Part shown: positions 45,926 through 55,969 of the stretch, piece by piece
Numbering within the stretch: the first letter of the stretch is position 1
How the letters are laid out: every line of letters begins with the position of its first letter
Source: Patescibacteria group bacterium
GTDB taxonomy: Bacteria > Patescibacteriota > Microgenomatia > Levybacterales > GWA1-39-11
DNA: 64,000 nt
Direction: 5' to 3'
Assembly: GCA_035549295.1 (NCBI GenBank)
Contig: DASZRG010000036.1
Span: forward strand, 13,324 to 77,323
The notes under the pieces: model-generated
The model's input: the letters and a program-made list of their open reading frames with translations, nothing else
Told to the model about the DNA's origin: nothing
The model's database searches: none
Made by a program: the position numbers and the translations under genes

Positions 45926-47296
45926 TTACAATATTCCTCTTGCAGACAAATTACTTCTTAACATATCCGCCGATGCATATTGAACTCCTTCGATTCCAAC
46001 CTCTTTTGCTGATTCAACATAACTCGCAATATCATCAATGAAAAAGCATGCTTGAGGGGGCACCCACATTTTAAGAGCGGCGATTCTAAACATCTCATGA
46101 TCTGTTGATCTTTTCTTGCTAGCACCAACTTCGGGCGACAGTATAACCTGATCAAAATCCTGATATAACCCTGCTGCTGACAGCACTCTTGCGTGTGAGG
46201 GAATAGTATCTGATACAGCGGCTAATTTATATCCATGAGACTTTAAGTCTTTGATGATTGCGCGAACTTCAGGGTCCTCGGTGGTCCTGAGTCTTCTCCA
46301 TGATAAATCCAGGTAATTTGGAGGTAGGGGTTTATTAACTTTTCTAGAAAACAATTCCCACATTTCGTCCTCAGATATCTGTCCGATTTGCAATGAAGGC
46401 GTTGAGGAAGGCCACGCAGCAGCAGCATCTTCGGTCGAGATACCAAAAGAGGCTGCAATATCAGGAATAAGCTCTGTTTCAGGATCAGGCAAAAGAACAT
46501 TGCCAATGTCAAATATTATGCTAGAAATCGGTGACTCAAATTCTTCCGCAGCGATCTCTTCTTTTATGTCCTTCATGTCTGCGCCATTTTCGCTTGACCA
46601 TGTTCTCAATCTTTCATAAACACGCTCACAATAATCAATAAATTGCTGACTCTTTTTTCGCTCGCTGGGATACAGCTCGTCACCTGTCACAAGTCTTGAT
46701 GTACGATGATAGACCATAACCTCATCATAAGTTGTTACTGTTCCATCATCTCGCCTTTTACCATGTATATCTGCAAGCTCTATAATTCGCTGATACGGAG
46801 TAAGTTGGGAAAAAGTTTCGGCAACCTCATCCACGTCTTGAGGGTCTTTATTCATATAGACCGATAAACTGGGCAATTTATCAAGTACATCCCTTCTTAC
46901 GCCCATGTTCTTAAACTCCAGGTTTTCGATGATGTCGTTTCTGAAAAAACGGTTCGTTGTGAATCTTCCAAAATCATGCAAAAGCGCCAATGATTCAAGT
47001 TCATCCAAATTGAGATATTGATATTCCTCAGAGCCTGAGGCTTTTAAGTGTTGGCCTATTTTTCTCGCAAATTTCGCGGTCAACTGAAGATGCTCATGTA
47101 ATTTATAATTTTCAACAGTAACTGGTGCAACTGCTTGGACCAATTTCCTAGTGGTTTCAACATCCGTTGACCCAAAAGATTTTCCTTCGACTACTAATGC
47201 GCTTCCTGCAATAATTGGAATACCAATTTCAACAACCTGCTCCATCCGTTGTCTAGTCGCCATTCTATCTTGAAATCTTTTATCTTGCTCTGACAT
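45926..47296 (-). CDS. HD-domain phosphohydrolase fused to a HAD-like hydrolase
   Basis: N-terminal LHDFGRF (HD motif). The C-terminal IIFDIGNVLL (HAD motif I DxG) and FFIDD (motif IV) are HAD signatures. Confidence 0.55.
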   Translation of the reverse strand: MSEQDKRFQDRMATRQRMEQVVEIGIPIIAGSALVVEGKSFGSTDVETTRKLVQAVAPVTVENYKLHEHLQLTAKFARKIGQHLKASGSEEYQYLNLDELESLALLHDFGRFTTNRFFRNDIIENLEFKNMGVRRDVLDKLPSLSVYMNKDPQDVDEVAETFSQLTPYQRIIELADIHGKRRDDGTVTTYDEVMVYHRTSRLVTGDELYPSERKKSQQFIDYCERVYERLRTWSSENGADMKDIKEEIAAEEFESPISSIIFDIGNVLLPDPETELIPDIAASFGISTEDAAAAWPSSTPSLQIGQISEDEMWELFSRKVNKPLPPNYLDLSWRRLRTTEDPEVRAIIKDLKSHGYKLAAVSDTIPSHARVLSAAGLYQDFDQVILSPEVGASKKRSTDHEMFRIAALKMWVPPQACFFIDDIASYVESAKEVGIEGVQYASADMLRSNLSARGIL

Positions 47297-47334
47297 GATG
47301 CTATTATACAGTTTTTATTAAGTATTCTTAAAAA

Positions 47335-48333
47335 CTAAGGGATAAAGCTTTTGATTGCTGAAGAATCTAGGGTGTAGGCGCGGACGAATGAGTCATCGAC
47401 GTGTGCATAGAGAATACCTTGACCTTGAGTAGTCTCAATGAATTGACTTGCGAATGTTATAGTACGAGCTTCTGTATCTTGAATAATAGGTCTTTCTGAA
47501 ACCCACTCTATTTTTCCTTCTTCATAGTTGTAAATCATAAGTCCAACAGAAAATATTCCGCGTGTTACTCGATCCGCAGCATCGCGCTCTCGACCATTTA
47601 TGATACCGACGAGTCGATCTTCACCAATATCTATAAAAGTTCTCGGAAGCAATGGACCAGGTGACGCATGACCACCTATCCAAGCGTATTCACTTTTGAT
47701 TGGATGAAAAACAACATCTCCATATTTCCAGTCACTTCTTGGATTTGGGGCCTTTGCAACCATGATAGTAGAATAATATGTATCTCCAATCGATTCTTGA
47801 GACTCTATTAAATTTAGCCGAATGCCATCTCGATTGATGGGCGCAATAGATAACTCTTTTGCGCCGCGTTTATTTGTTGGTGTTGGTGAAAGGAGAGCTC
47901 CTGTCATACGAAGTGAATCAAGACCTGATCCCTCAGCATGCCCTAAATGGACGTGGGTGTACTTTTTATAATTATCTCGAAGCGGAATTGTAAAATAAAC
48001 GTGGGTTTTGCCGTCATCTGGATCGATCCAAATATCCGGATCCTCAAGTCCCATAAATTCAAGGTCTGACCCAAGCGACTTAACAATCTCAATTTCGTCT
48101 TGAACGTTTATTTTTCCTAAAATTTTAAATTGCTCAAGACTATCACCTCTCACTAAGTGGAGTTCGGAACGATCAACATTTCCTAACTTTGTTATATCTC
48201 CACTTCTTCCAACAACACATCTGACAAGTCCTTCGTGATAATTTGTTGTGGGATCAAGCGACAGAGCCATAACATGGTTAAATTTACCCCGCTCAACGAC
48301 CATCCCATCATGCTGTATAAACCCCTCTTTCAT
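47335..48333 (-). CDS. Hypothetical protein, possibly a beta-propeller glycosidase/phosphorylase-like fold
   Basis: 332 aa with weak resemblance to GH130/DUF377-type proteins. Not assignable from sequence alone. Confidence 0.3.
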   Translation of the reverse strand: MKEGFIQHDGMVVERGKFNHVMALSLDPTTNYHEGLVRCVVGRSGDITKLGNVDRSELHLVRGDSLEQFKILGKINVQDEIEIVKSLGSDLEFMGLEDPDIWIDPDDGKTHVYFTIPLRDNYKKYTHVHLGHAEGSGLDSLRMTGALLSPTPTNKRGAKELSIAPINRDGIRLNLIESQESIGDTYYSTIMVAKAPNPRSDWKYGDVVFHPIKSEYAWIGGHASPGPLLPRTFIDIGEDRLVGIINGRERDAADRVTRGIFSVGLMIYNYEEGKIEWVSERPIIQDTEARTITFASQFIETTQGQGILYAHVDDSFVRAYTLDSSAIKSFIP

Positions 48334-48387
48334 GAGAAATAATTATATCACTCAATCAATATTCAGAATTTAAAAGTTTATGGAGGA

Positions 48388-49263
48388 TTATGTGAGGGTT
48401 AATATATGACCACTTTCTTTTTGAGTTGCTAAGTATGCAATTCCACGAGCCGCTTCAGGTGGAGTGATAAGCCGCCCCATCGGTGATCGCCTACCCATTA
48501 GCTCTACCGCGCGCTGACCCTTGGTATCCAAAGCATCAACCATTTCTGTGCGAATCGGGCCTGGCCTAAATATTCCAAAATGAATCGCTTTTGTGCTCCC
48601 AGATCTTGCGAATGACTTAATCATCGCTTCTCCTCCAGCTTTTACAAATGAGTAGTTGGGCTGGTCTTGATTACCTACCATAGATATACTACTTACGTAT
48701 ACCATGTTTAGATCTTCTGAATTGTTTTGTGTAAGCATTTGTCGAGCAATTGCTTGAGCCGGAAAAAAAGTCAAATCGGCATTTCCATGTACGGCATACC
48801 ATTGCTCAGGAGTCATTTCTATTGGATTCGACTCATCAAGAACAGCAGCATTTAAAACGCCAATATCTATGCGACCAAATCTTTCGGTCGTTTCGCGAAC
48901 CGCTTTTGCAGCAGCCTCTGGATCTCTCAAATCTCCAATTACGGCAATTGCATCTCCACCTGCTGCTATAATCTCGTCAACTACTTGATTAGTTCTCGCA
49001 ACATCGCGACCATTCACTGCTACTCTTGATCCAAGCTCTGAAAGAAGAAGGGCGGTTGCCTTTCCAACACCAGAACTTGCACCAGTAATTATAGACACCC
49101 TATCTTTAATTCTTGCTGGATCTACAACGATTTTGTCTGGATCGCTCAATATTTCTGGGCCAAATTCGTCGCGGAAGGCATCGCGTCCAATGGTTGGTAC
49201 AAATCGTGAGGTTACTCCATCGAATTGATGTCTATAAACGGGGTCAAGATCAACGTCTGACAT
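48388..49263 (-). CDS. Short-chain dehydrogenase/reductase (SDR)
   Basis: ITGASSGVGKATA (TGxxxGxG), NAAV, and YSFVKAG (YxxxK). Confidence 0.75.
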   Translation of the reverse strand: MSDVDLDPVYRHQFDGVTSRFVPTIGRDAFRDEFGPEILSDPDKIVVDPARIKDRVSIITGASSGVGKATALLLSELGSRVAVNGRDVARTNQVVDEIIAAGGDAIAVIGDLRDPEAAAKAVRETTERFGRIDIGVLNAAVLDESNPIEMTPEQWYAVHGNADLTFFPAQAIARQMLTQNNSEDLNMVYVSSISMVGNQDQPNYSFVKAGGEAMIKSFARSGSTKAIHFGIFRPGPIRTEMVDALDTKGQRAVELMGRRSPMGRLITPPEAARGIAYLATQKESGHILTLT

Positions 49264-49324
49264 ATTATTTATTCAAAAGATGATACTATCCACATTCAAT
49301 TCAGTCAAGGGGCATGTTGTGAAA

Positions 49325-49358
49325 TAGTGATTAGAAACTAGATATTAGTGACTAGGAG
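49325..49358. promoter_or_regulatory. CTAG-rich conserved motif copy upstream of the SDR gene
   Basis: TAGTGATTAGAAACTAGATATTAGTGACTAGGAGAAA. Confidence 0.6.
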
Positions 49359-49463
49359 AAATAAATAGAGATAAAAGATATGAGATATAAGACTAAAGAT
49401 AAGTGATGAAAAAAAATTTGATTTTGGATTATTTTAAAAAAAGGATTTATTTACGAATATCTT

Positions 49464-50588
49464 TTATTTAGTCTCTGAAGGAGTTGATTCGTCAGAAGCA
49501 CTCATGTGAAGATCGGATGTAACTTTCTGCCATGCTTTTTTGTATGCTTCAGGTTCTGCTTTCTTAAACTCTTTAAAAACTTCTGTAAACGTTTTTAGTG
49601 TATTCTGCCTCTCGGTGATTACTTGATTTGCTGCTTGAAGCCTATTTGACAACCAATCAATCGCGATAATATCTGACGGGGCATCTGCTGCCATGTCTCT
49701 TGAAACCTCAGAGTCTCTTTTGTAATTTGCATATTGGTCAACGTTCATATCAAGCACTACCCCCATAAGCCCTTCGTGTTGAAACTGATCTTTTCTTCTT
49801 TGAAATTCTTCTTCTGATATAACATTGTTACCTTGCGTAAAGCTCTCATAATCTACTTCAACACCAAAAAGTGCACTTTTTGAAGTAACAAAACTTGCAT
49901 TGACCCGTGGAGCTCCAAGATAAACTATTCGTTTTATATCAAGCAATTTTTTACCAGCCTCTTCCCCAATAATTCGCTTCATATTACCTTCTACTCTCGC
50001 GCCGGCTCCGTCCACGTCATACATTTGCTGCCCTGACTCTAATGCTCGTGCGTCTGCAAATCCGCGAGGTGTATCGACAGATGCTTCGCCTGTTCTGTAT
50101 TGAATAGTTCTAAAAAAGTGTAGTTTTCCTTCCCGATCTGTGGCATACGGAGCAAGTATCATATGTGGACCTTCTGCAACCGTGGGTCGCTCAAACCCTG
50201 ATTGAATATTATCTGAGTTAACACCCTGCACCATCGCAGTAACTTTTTGGTTGGAATTTCCAATAGAAGCAACTCCTAGTAACTCAGTGGTCACACCTTG
50301 ACCTGCCAGTTGATCCTGTAATTCCGCTAGACTCAAAACTTTAAGGTTACCATCTTCTCGTACAATAAACTCTTCAAAGTGAGAATTTAAATCAACACTT
50401 CCTCCCAAAGTTCCACGCGGCTTTCCCGCGATACCCTCCATATATTTAGCAAGTGGTACAATATCCAGTTTGCCTGCCATCATCTCATTTACTTTATCAA
50501 GAGCACCTTGGTTAGCAAGTTCGTGCTGTTCACCTACTGGCTTACTGTGCTCTATTGCCGGAAGTACGTCTGCCCCTATTTCGGTCAT
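49464..50588 (-). CDS. Hypothetical protein
   Basis: 374-aa ORF with no recognised family and higher GC than CPR-like neighbours. Confidence 0.35.
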   Translation of the reverse strand: MTEIGADVLPAIEHSKPVGEQHELANQGALDKVNEMMAGKLDIVPLAKYMEGIAGKPRGTLGGSVDLNSHFEEFIVREDGNLKVLSLAELQDQLAGQGVTTELLGVASIGNSNQKVTAMVQGVNSDNIQSGFERPTVAEGPHMILAPYATDREGKLHFFRTIQYRTGEASVDTPRGFADARALESGQQMYDVDGAGARVEGNMKRIIGEEAGKKLLDIKRIVYLGAPRVNASFVTSKSALFGVEVDYESFTQGNNVISEEEFQRRKDQFQHEGLMGVVLDMNVDQYANYKRDSEVSRDMAADAPSDIIAIDWLSNRLQAANQVITERQNTLKTFTEVFKEFKKAEPEAYKKAWQKVTSDLHMSASDESTPSETK

Positions 50589-50674
50589 AATTTTAATATT
50601 CTAACACAGAAATTCGTTTTTAAATGGAGTCACAGATTATATAAAATCTTAAATGATTCACCGTGAAGGACTTT

Positions 50675-53425
50675 TTATGGAATTATAGGGTAGTGGCATT
50701 TCTTCCATTTTTTACCAGAACCACAAGGACAGGGGTCGTTGCGGCCGAGTTTTCTGGCGGAGCCAGATCCAGCTTCGCTGGATTTTTCCTTTGAATCGTT
50801 GCTGAGATTGCTTTGTCGCTTCGCTCCTCGCAATGACGAGGGTTTTTTTTCTTCTCCTACCTCTGATTCGGGGGTGTTGACTGATACGTTTTGGCGGACT
50901 TCGACTTGTGGAACAATTTCTGCGAGATTTACTCTAAATGCGCGGTGAGATATCTCATCGTCGATTGAATCTACAAGTCGTTCAAACATATTGAACGATT
51001 CATTTTTATACTCGATAAGCGGATCACGCTGTCCATAACCACGAAGTCCTATACCAGTCCTGAGATCTTCCATAGCTGTTAGGTGGTCCATCCAGAGATT
51101 ATCTATAGTTGATAGGGATATTGCTTTATAAACTTGGGCCAAATGTTCTCGACTAAACTGCTTCTCCCAAGTATCGACAAGCTGTTTGGCAAGACCAACC
51201 AAGAAATCTGTTACCTCCTCAGCAGAATGGAATTGCTCTGATTGTTCATATAGATGTTTTCTAGAGTGCTCATCGAATGGAATGATGTTTGCAAACTCTT
51301 CGATCATATTTTTTCTACCATCTTCGACCATTTCAGAGTACAAATTCATTTGGACAATACTTGCAATTGATGCCTCGACCTTACTAAGAGTTGAGTCAAT
51401 AATATCTTCTTTGTTGGCAACTATCGCGCGGCGATTATCGTAAATTATTTCTCTTTGTTTGTTGAGAACATCGTCGTAGTCAAGAAGATTTTTTCGAATT
51501 TCAAAATTGTATCCTTCGACTTTTACTTGAGCCTGTTCAATAACTCTTGAAACGAGACCATGAGCCAAAGGTTGGTCTTCTGGGAAATTAAATCGCGTCA
51601 TAAGACCTGAAATCTGATCTCCTCCAAAAACGCGCATGAGATCATCTTCAAGAGATACAATAAACACAGATCGTCCCGGATCTCCTTGACGACCTGCACG
51701 CCCACGAAGCTGATTGTCGATCCTTCGAGACTCGTGCTTTTCAGTACCAATAACACATAGTCCGCCCTTTTTAAGAACTTCATCGTGCTCTTTTTCCCAT
51801 TTTTTCATGTGTTCGGCAAATCTTTTCTCGCCAGCTTTTCCTGAATACTCGACATCGAATTTGGATGGAGGTTGACCACCAAGAATAATATCAACTCCAC
51901 GACCTGCCATGTTGGTCGCAACTGTGACGGCATTGACTCGGCCCGCTTCACGAATAATAGCAGCTTCTTTTACATGGTTTTTCGCATTTAGGACTTCGTG
52001 TTTTATTCCGCGACGCTTTAGAGCTTCCGAAATAGTTTCGTTCTTATCAATTGATGTTGTACCAACAAGAACTGGTTGACCTTTTTTGTGAGCCTCCTCA
52101 ATCTGGTCAACAACGGCTTTTACTTTTGCATGATTTGTTTTGTAAATTTGGTCTCCCTGATCGTCACGAACCATCTCGCGGTGTGTCGGAATAACTATGA
52201 CGTCGAGTTTGTAAATTTTCTGGAACTCCTCTGCCTCTGTTACAGCAGTTCCTGTCATACCACCAAGTTTTTCATACATTCTGAAGTAATTCTGCAGAGA
52301 GACTGTTGCGAGAGTTTTGGACTCTTGTTGAATCGGTACATTTTCTTTTGCTTCAATCGCTTGGTGAAGACCCTCAGACAGTCTTCTACCTTCAAGAAGA
52401 CGTCCTGTAAATTCATCAACTAAAATAACTTGATTATCACGAACTATATAGTCTCGGTCTTTGTGAAAAAGCGTGTTTGCTTTGAGCGCTGCCTCGATGT
52501 GATAGACTGTGTCAAAATCTTTTTCATAAATATCTTTTACACCATAAAGCTTTTCAACTTTTTCAATTCCTTGATCTGTAAGATGAGCCGTACGGGACTT
52601 CTCATCTATTTTATAATCGGTCTCGGACGTCAAGCGATCGACCATATTGGCATATTCGTAATATTTTTGAGATGGCGTTGCATCAGGCATGGAGATAATA
52701 TGAGGAGTACGTGCCTCATCGATAAGAACTGAGTCCACCTCATCGATAACCGCGAAGTAATGATCGGTCTGCACCATCTGAGACTCTTCAGAAACCATAT
52801 TGTCGCGAAGATAATCAAATCCGAATTCTGAATTTATCCCATAAACAATATTGGCTTGATAGGCTTCACGACGCGATATCGGCTTCAAGTGGACGAGTCG
52901 ATAGTCAGATGCTTGATTGTCAGTAAATGTAGGATCGTAAAGAAATGAAGTCTCTGAAATAATAGATGAAACTGTCATTCCCAAGAAACTAAAAACAGCA
53001 CCCATCCATCCAGCATCACGACGAGCGAGATAATCGTTAACAGTAACGAGATGAACCGTGGCACCAGTCAAAGCATTGAGATACAGTGCAGGAACTGCTG
53101 ACAGCGTCTTTCCTTCTCCCGTCTTTTGCTCCGCAACTGCACCTCTTGCAAGAGCTGTTGCCGCCATGAGCTGAACATCATATGGCCTCATACCAACGCT
53201 TCTATGAGCTGCCTCACGAACGAGAGCAAATGCTTCTGGTAAAATTAGGAATATGCTTTCGCCTTCAGCAATTCTCTTTTTGAATTCTTCAGTTTTTTTG
53301 GGGAAGTCAGAATCTTTTAGTTTCTTTGTTTTTTCCTCCAGCGCATTTATTTGATCAACAATAGGAGCAAGTTTTTTTACTTCGCGGTCATTTGAGTCAA
53401 ATAGTTTTGTGAGACTTCCAAACAT
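50675..53425 (-). CDS. secA: Preprotein translocase ATPase SecA
   Basis: 916 aa with DEAD motor motifs (MATGEGKT-like GEGKTL, DEVDS), a C-terminal zinc finger CPCGSGKKWKKCH, and a repeat-derived insertion in the C-terminal linker. Confidence 0.95.
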   Translation of the reverse strand: MFGSLTKLFDSNDREVKKLAPIVDQINALEEKTKKLKDSDFPKKTEEFKKRIAEGESIFLILPEAFALVREAAHRSVGMRPYDVQLMAATALARGAVAEQKTGEGKTLSAVPALYLNALTGATVHLVTVNDYLARRDAGWMGAVFSFLGMTVSSIISETSFLYDPTFTDNQASDYRLVHLKPISRREAYQANIVYGINSEFGFDYLRDNMVSEESQMVQTDHYFAVIDEVDSVLIDEARTPHIISMPDATPSQKYYEYANMVDRLTSETDYKIDEKSRTAHLTDQGIEKVEKLYGVKDIYEKDFDTVYHIEAALKANTLFHKDRDYIVRDNQVILVDEFTGRLLEGRRLSEGLHQAIEAKENVPIQQESKTLATVSLQNYFRMYEKLGGMTGTAVTEAEEFQKIYKLDVIVIPTHREMVRDDQGDQIYKTNHAKVKAVVDQIEEAHKKGQPVLVGTTSIDKNETISEALKRRGIKHEVLNAKNHVKEAAIIREAGRVNAVTVATNMAGRGVDIILGGQPPSKFDVEYSGKAGEKRFAEHMKKWEKEHDEVLKKGGLCVIGTEKHESRRIDNQLRGRAGRQGDPGRSVFIVSLEDDLMRVFGGDQISGLMTRFNFPEDQPLAHGLVSRVIEQAQVKVEGYNFEIRKNLLDYDDVLNKQREIIYDNRRAIVANKEDIIDSTLSKVEASIASIVQMNLYSEMVEDGRKNMIEEFANIIPFDEHSRKHLYEQSEQFHSAEEVTDFLVGLAKQLVDTWEKQFSREHLAQVYKAISLSTIDNLWMDHLTAMEDLRTGIGLRGYGQRDPLIEYKNESFNMFERLVDSIDDEISHRAFRVNLAEIVPQVEVRQNVSVNTPESEVGEEKKPSSLRGAKRQSNLSNDSKEKSSEAGSGSARKLGRNDPCPCGSGKKWKKCHYPIIP
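50804..50847. repeat. Family-2 hairpin repeat embedded in-frame in the secA C-terminal linker
   Basis: GAGATTGCTTTGTCGCTTCGCTCCTCGCAATGACGAGGG encodes PSSLRGAKRQSNL. An adjacent ATCCAGCTTCGCTGGAT hairpin sits at 50772-50788. Confidence 0.7.
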
Positions 53426-53428
53426 AAG

Positions 53429-53466
53429 TTAGTGACTAGATACTAGATATTAGTAACTAGGAATTG
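53429..53466. promoter_or_regulatory. CTAG-rich conserved motif copy, 3 nt upstream of the secA start codon
   Basis: TTAGTGACTAGATACTAGATATTAGTAACTAGGAATTG. Confidence 0.65.
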
Positions 53467-53536
53467 AGGTTATATTTTAGCACATCCCAGGCTCAAATAC
53501 TAAATGCGAATTGCTAGTTTAAATTCTTACTAAAGA

Positions 53537-53790
53537 GTGTCATTCTGAACCCCCATTTAATCGGGGGAACCTTGATTCAGAATCTCTAATCGAGACCCCG
53601 GATCCCGTGAGCTTCGCTCATGGTAAACAAGTCTGGAGTGACAAGTTTCTATTCGGGTTATTCGGAGTAAACATTCGGATAAATTCGCGTCTAAATGAAT
53701 TCGCCCCCCACTAATTACTCAGTGAGGGGCAGAATACCATTTGATCAATTGGTATTCCGAATTAAATCGGAATCCAACCGTAAACTAGTT
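53537..53790. repeat. String of family-1 and family-3 hairpin modules in the 650-bp secA-serS spacer
   Basis: It contains GTCATTCTGAACCCCCATTTAATCGGGGGAACCTTGATTCAGAATCTC, GAGACCCCGGA...TCTGGAGTGACAAG, TTCGGGTTATTCGGA, CCCCCCACTAATTACTCAGTGAGGGG, GAATACCATTTGATCAATTGGTATTC, and ATTCCGAATTAAATCGGAAT. Confidence 0.8.
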
Positions 53791-54075
53791 AAATTCTAGC
53801 TTATTTCTTCTTCTTCTTTTTTTTAGCAGCCATTATAAACACCTCCCGTCGCTTCTGAAAAAAATTCAGAAATTAGGATAATTTAATCGTGAATAATTAG
53901 TATCGATTTGTCAAGAAAAATACGTTGCTTCAAAAGTAATAATTTGGATTGATATATCAGTCAAAATCAAAAAATAAAATATGCATTTTTGTAGGCACAA
54001 AAATGGAAAAATAATTTAGATTTTTTTGGCCGCAATTAGGAAACATTTGTATTGTTTTAATGCGGCACAAAGGAT

Positions 54076-55311
54076 CTATTTCTTAGGCGAGATTTTTTCG
54101 AGGTTTATGTAGTTTCTTAAAACTTCGGGAATAACAACAGATCCATCCTCTTGCTGGTAGTTCTCGAGAATCGCAATAAGCGTACGCCCTATCGCAAATC
54201 CCGTCGCATTAAGAGTATGCACAAATTCTTTTTCAGCACCTTTCTGGTACTTTATATTGAGTCCTCTCGCTTGAAAATCAGTAAGAGTTGATGCAGATGT
54301 CATTTCTCGATATTTATTCTGCGTTGGAATCCATGCTTCAATATCAAATTTACGGGCCTGGACAAAACCCAGGTCCCCCGTACACATTTTCACTATTTGA
54401 TATGGGACATCAAGTGCCTGGAACAGTTTTTCCTCAATCGCAAGCAAATGCTTCTGCTCAGCGTCGCTATTTTCTGGAGTTGTATAAGAGACTAACTCAA
54501 CTTTGTCGAATTGATGGACTCTCAAAATTCCCTTCGTATCTTTTCCATAACTTCCTGCCTCACGACGAAATGCTGATGAGAAAGCAACGTAACGACGTGG
54601 AAGATCTCGTTCAAGAAATGTTTCATCCATATGCATTGCAACGGTTGAATGCTCGGCTGTTCCAACAAGTGTCAGACCATCTTTTTCAAGATGGAACATA
54701 TCCCCTGCCCCACCATTCTCCATATATCCAACCCTCTTCATAGTCTCGGTCTTAATAATTTCAGGTGGAATAATCGGAATAAATCCGTCCTTTATAAGCA
54801 TGTCGAACACCAACTGAACAAGTGCAAATTCTAGAAGTACTCCTTCGTTTTTGAGGTATGCAAATCGAGCGCCTGATACTTTTGCGGCTCGATCAATATC
54901 TATAATGTCGAGAAGTTGACCAAGTTCTACATGATCACGTGGCTCGAACGAAAATTGAGTTGGTTCCTTGTGAGTTCTTATGACTTCATTATCGTTTTCA
55001 TCAGGACCGACTTTGACGTCATCGGCTGGCATATTTGGAATCGCCCAAACAAGTGCTTCTAGTTGTTCTTGTAATTCTCTTAACTTTGCTTCATGAGTTC
55101 CAACCTCTGCTTTTAGTTCTCGTCCACCCTCGATATCTCTTTCTTTTGCTGCTCGGTTACGCTGAGTATATAGTTCCTGCAGGGCGCGAGATAATTCACG
55201 CACTTCTTCATCGAGCCTTAATATCTCCTCAACAGGAACGATTATATTTTTGGCGGCAGCGCCCTCTGCAACTTTTTCGGGATTCTCTCTGATGAATTTA
55301 AGATCTAACAT
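54076..55311 (-). CDS. serS: Seryl-tRNA synthetase
   Basis: 411 aa with an N-terminal coiled-coil arm and class II motifs in the catalytic core. Confidence 0.9.
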   Translation of the reverse strand: MLDLKFIRENPEKVAEGAAAKNIIVPVEEILRLDEEVRELSRALQELYTQRNRAAKERDIEGGRELKAEVGTHEAKLRELQEQLEALVWAIPNMPADDVKVGPDENDNEVIRTHKEPTQFSFEPRDHVELGQLLDIIDIDRAAKVSGARFAYLKNEGVLLEFALVQLVFDMLIKDGFIPIIPPEIIKTETMKRVGYMENGGAGDMFHLEKDGLTLVGTAEHSTVAMHMDETFLERDLPRRYVAFSSAFRREAGSYGKDTKGILRVHQFDKVELVSYTTPENSDAEQKHLLAIEEKLFQALDVPYQIVKMCTGDLGFVQARKFDIEAWIPTQNKYREMTSASTLTDFQARGLNIKYQKGAEKEFVHTLNATGFAIGRTLIAILENYQQEDGSVVIPEVLRNYINLEKISPKK

Positions 55312-55366
55312 GTTGATAAGTTAATGTGTTAACGAGTTAAAGGGTTAACGGGTTCAATTATATCTC

Positions 55367-55918
55367 TTATTTTGATTTTTGACTACCGTCTAGGAAATTT
55401 TTAAACTTTGCGAGGGCTCGACCCCGATGAGAAATTTTGTGTTTGTCTGCCGGGTCCATTTCAGCAAACGTCATACTATATCCATCCGGCATTACAATAG
55501 GATCAAAACCAAAACCATTTTCCCCTCGCCTCTCGACTATTGTTCCATTAAATTCTCCAATAAATGTATGGATCTTTTTTCCGTCGTGATATGAAATAGC
55601 ATCAACTGCTCGCATTTTTTTTGACACACTATCAAGCATTCGCGAAATTCCGTCGTAGCCAACAGACTCATTTAAAAATTTTATAAAGGGTCCAGGAAAT
55701 CCATTCCATGCTTCAAAATAAACACCAACGTCGTCAACTATTACGGGTTTTTTAACTTTTTCGAATGCTGCTTCAGCTTTTTTGCGGGAAACATACTCAA
55801 GATCCATACTCTGCACCTCATCAACGTCAATATTCACCGCAACAAGCGGCAAATCAAGAATCTCCGAAAATTCCTTTAATTTTCCTTTATTCGTAGTTGA
55901 AAGATATATCTTTTTCAC
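55367..55918 (-). CDS. rdgB: Non-canonical purine NTP pyrophosphatase (RdgB/HAM1)
   Basis: TTNKGKLKEF, GFGFDPIV, and SHRGRA. Confidence 0.85.
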   Translation of the reverse strand: MKKIYLSTTNKGKLKEFSEILDLPLVAVNIDVDEVQSMDLEYVSRKKAEAAFEKVKKPVIVDDVGVYFEAWNGFPGPFIKFLNESVGYDGISRMLDSVSKKMRAVDAISYHDGKKIHTFIGEFNGTIVERRGENGFGFDPIVMPDGYSMTFAEMDPADKHKISHRGRALAKFKNFLDGSQKSK

Positions 55919-55969
55919 TTTCAGCAGTATATCAAAGTTGTAAGCTTTTTATCATGATATAATTACGCC

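Noticed and set aside
53880-54075. Possible T-box or other leader RNA upstream of serS
   Set aside because: The AT-rich region was inspected for specifier-loop or T-box motifs (AGGGUGGNACCGCG) and none was found. It is too far from, and on the wrong side of, the serS start (55311), since serS is on the minus strand.
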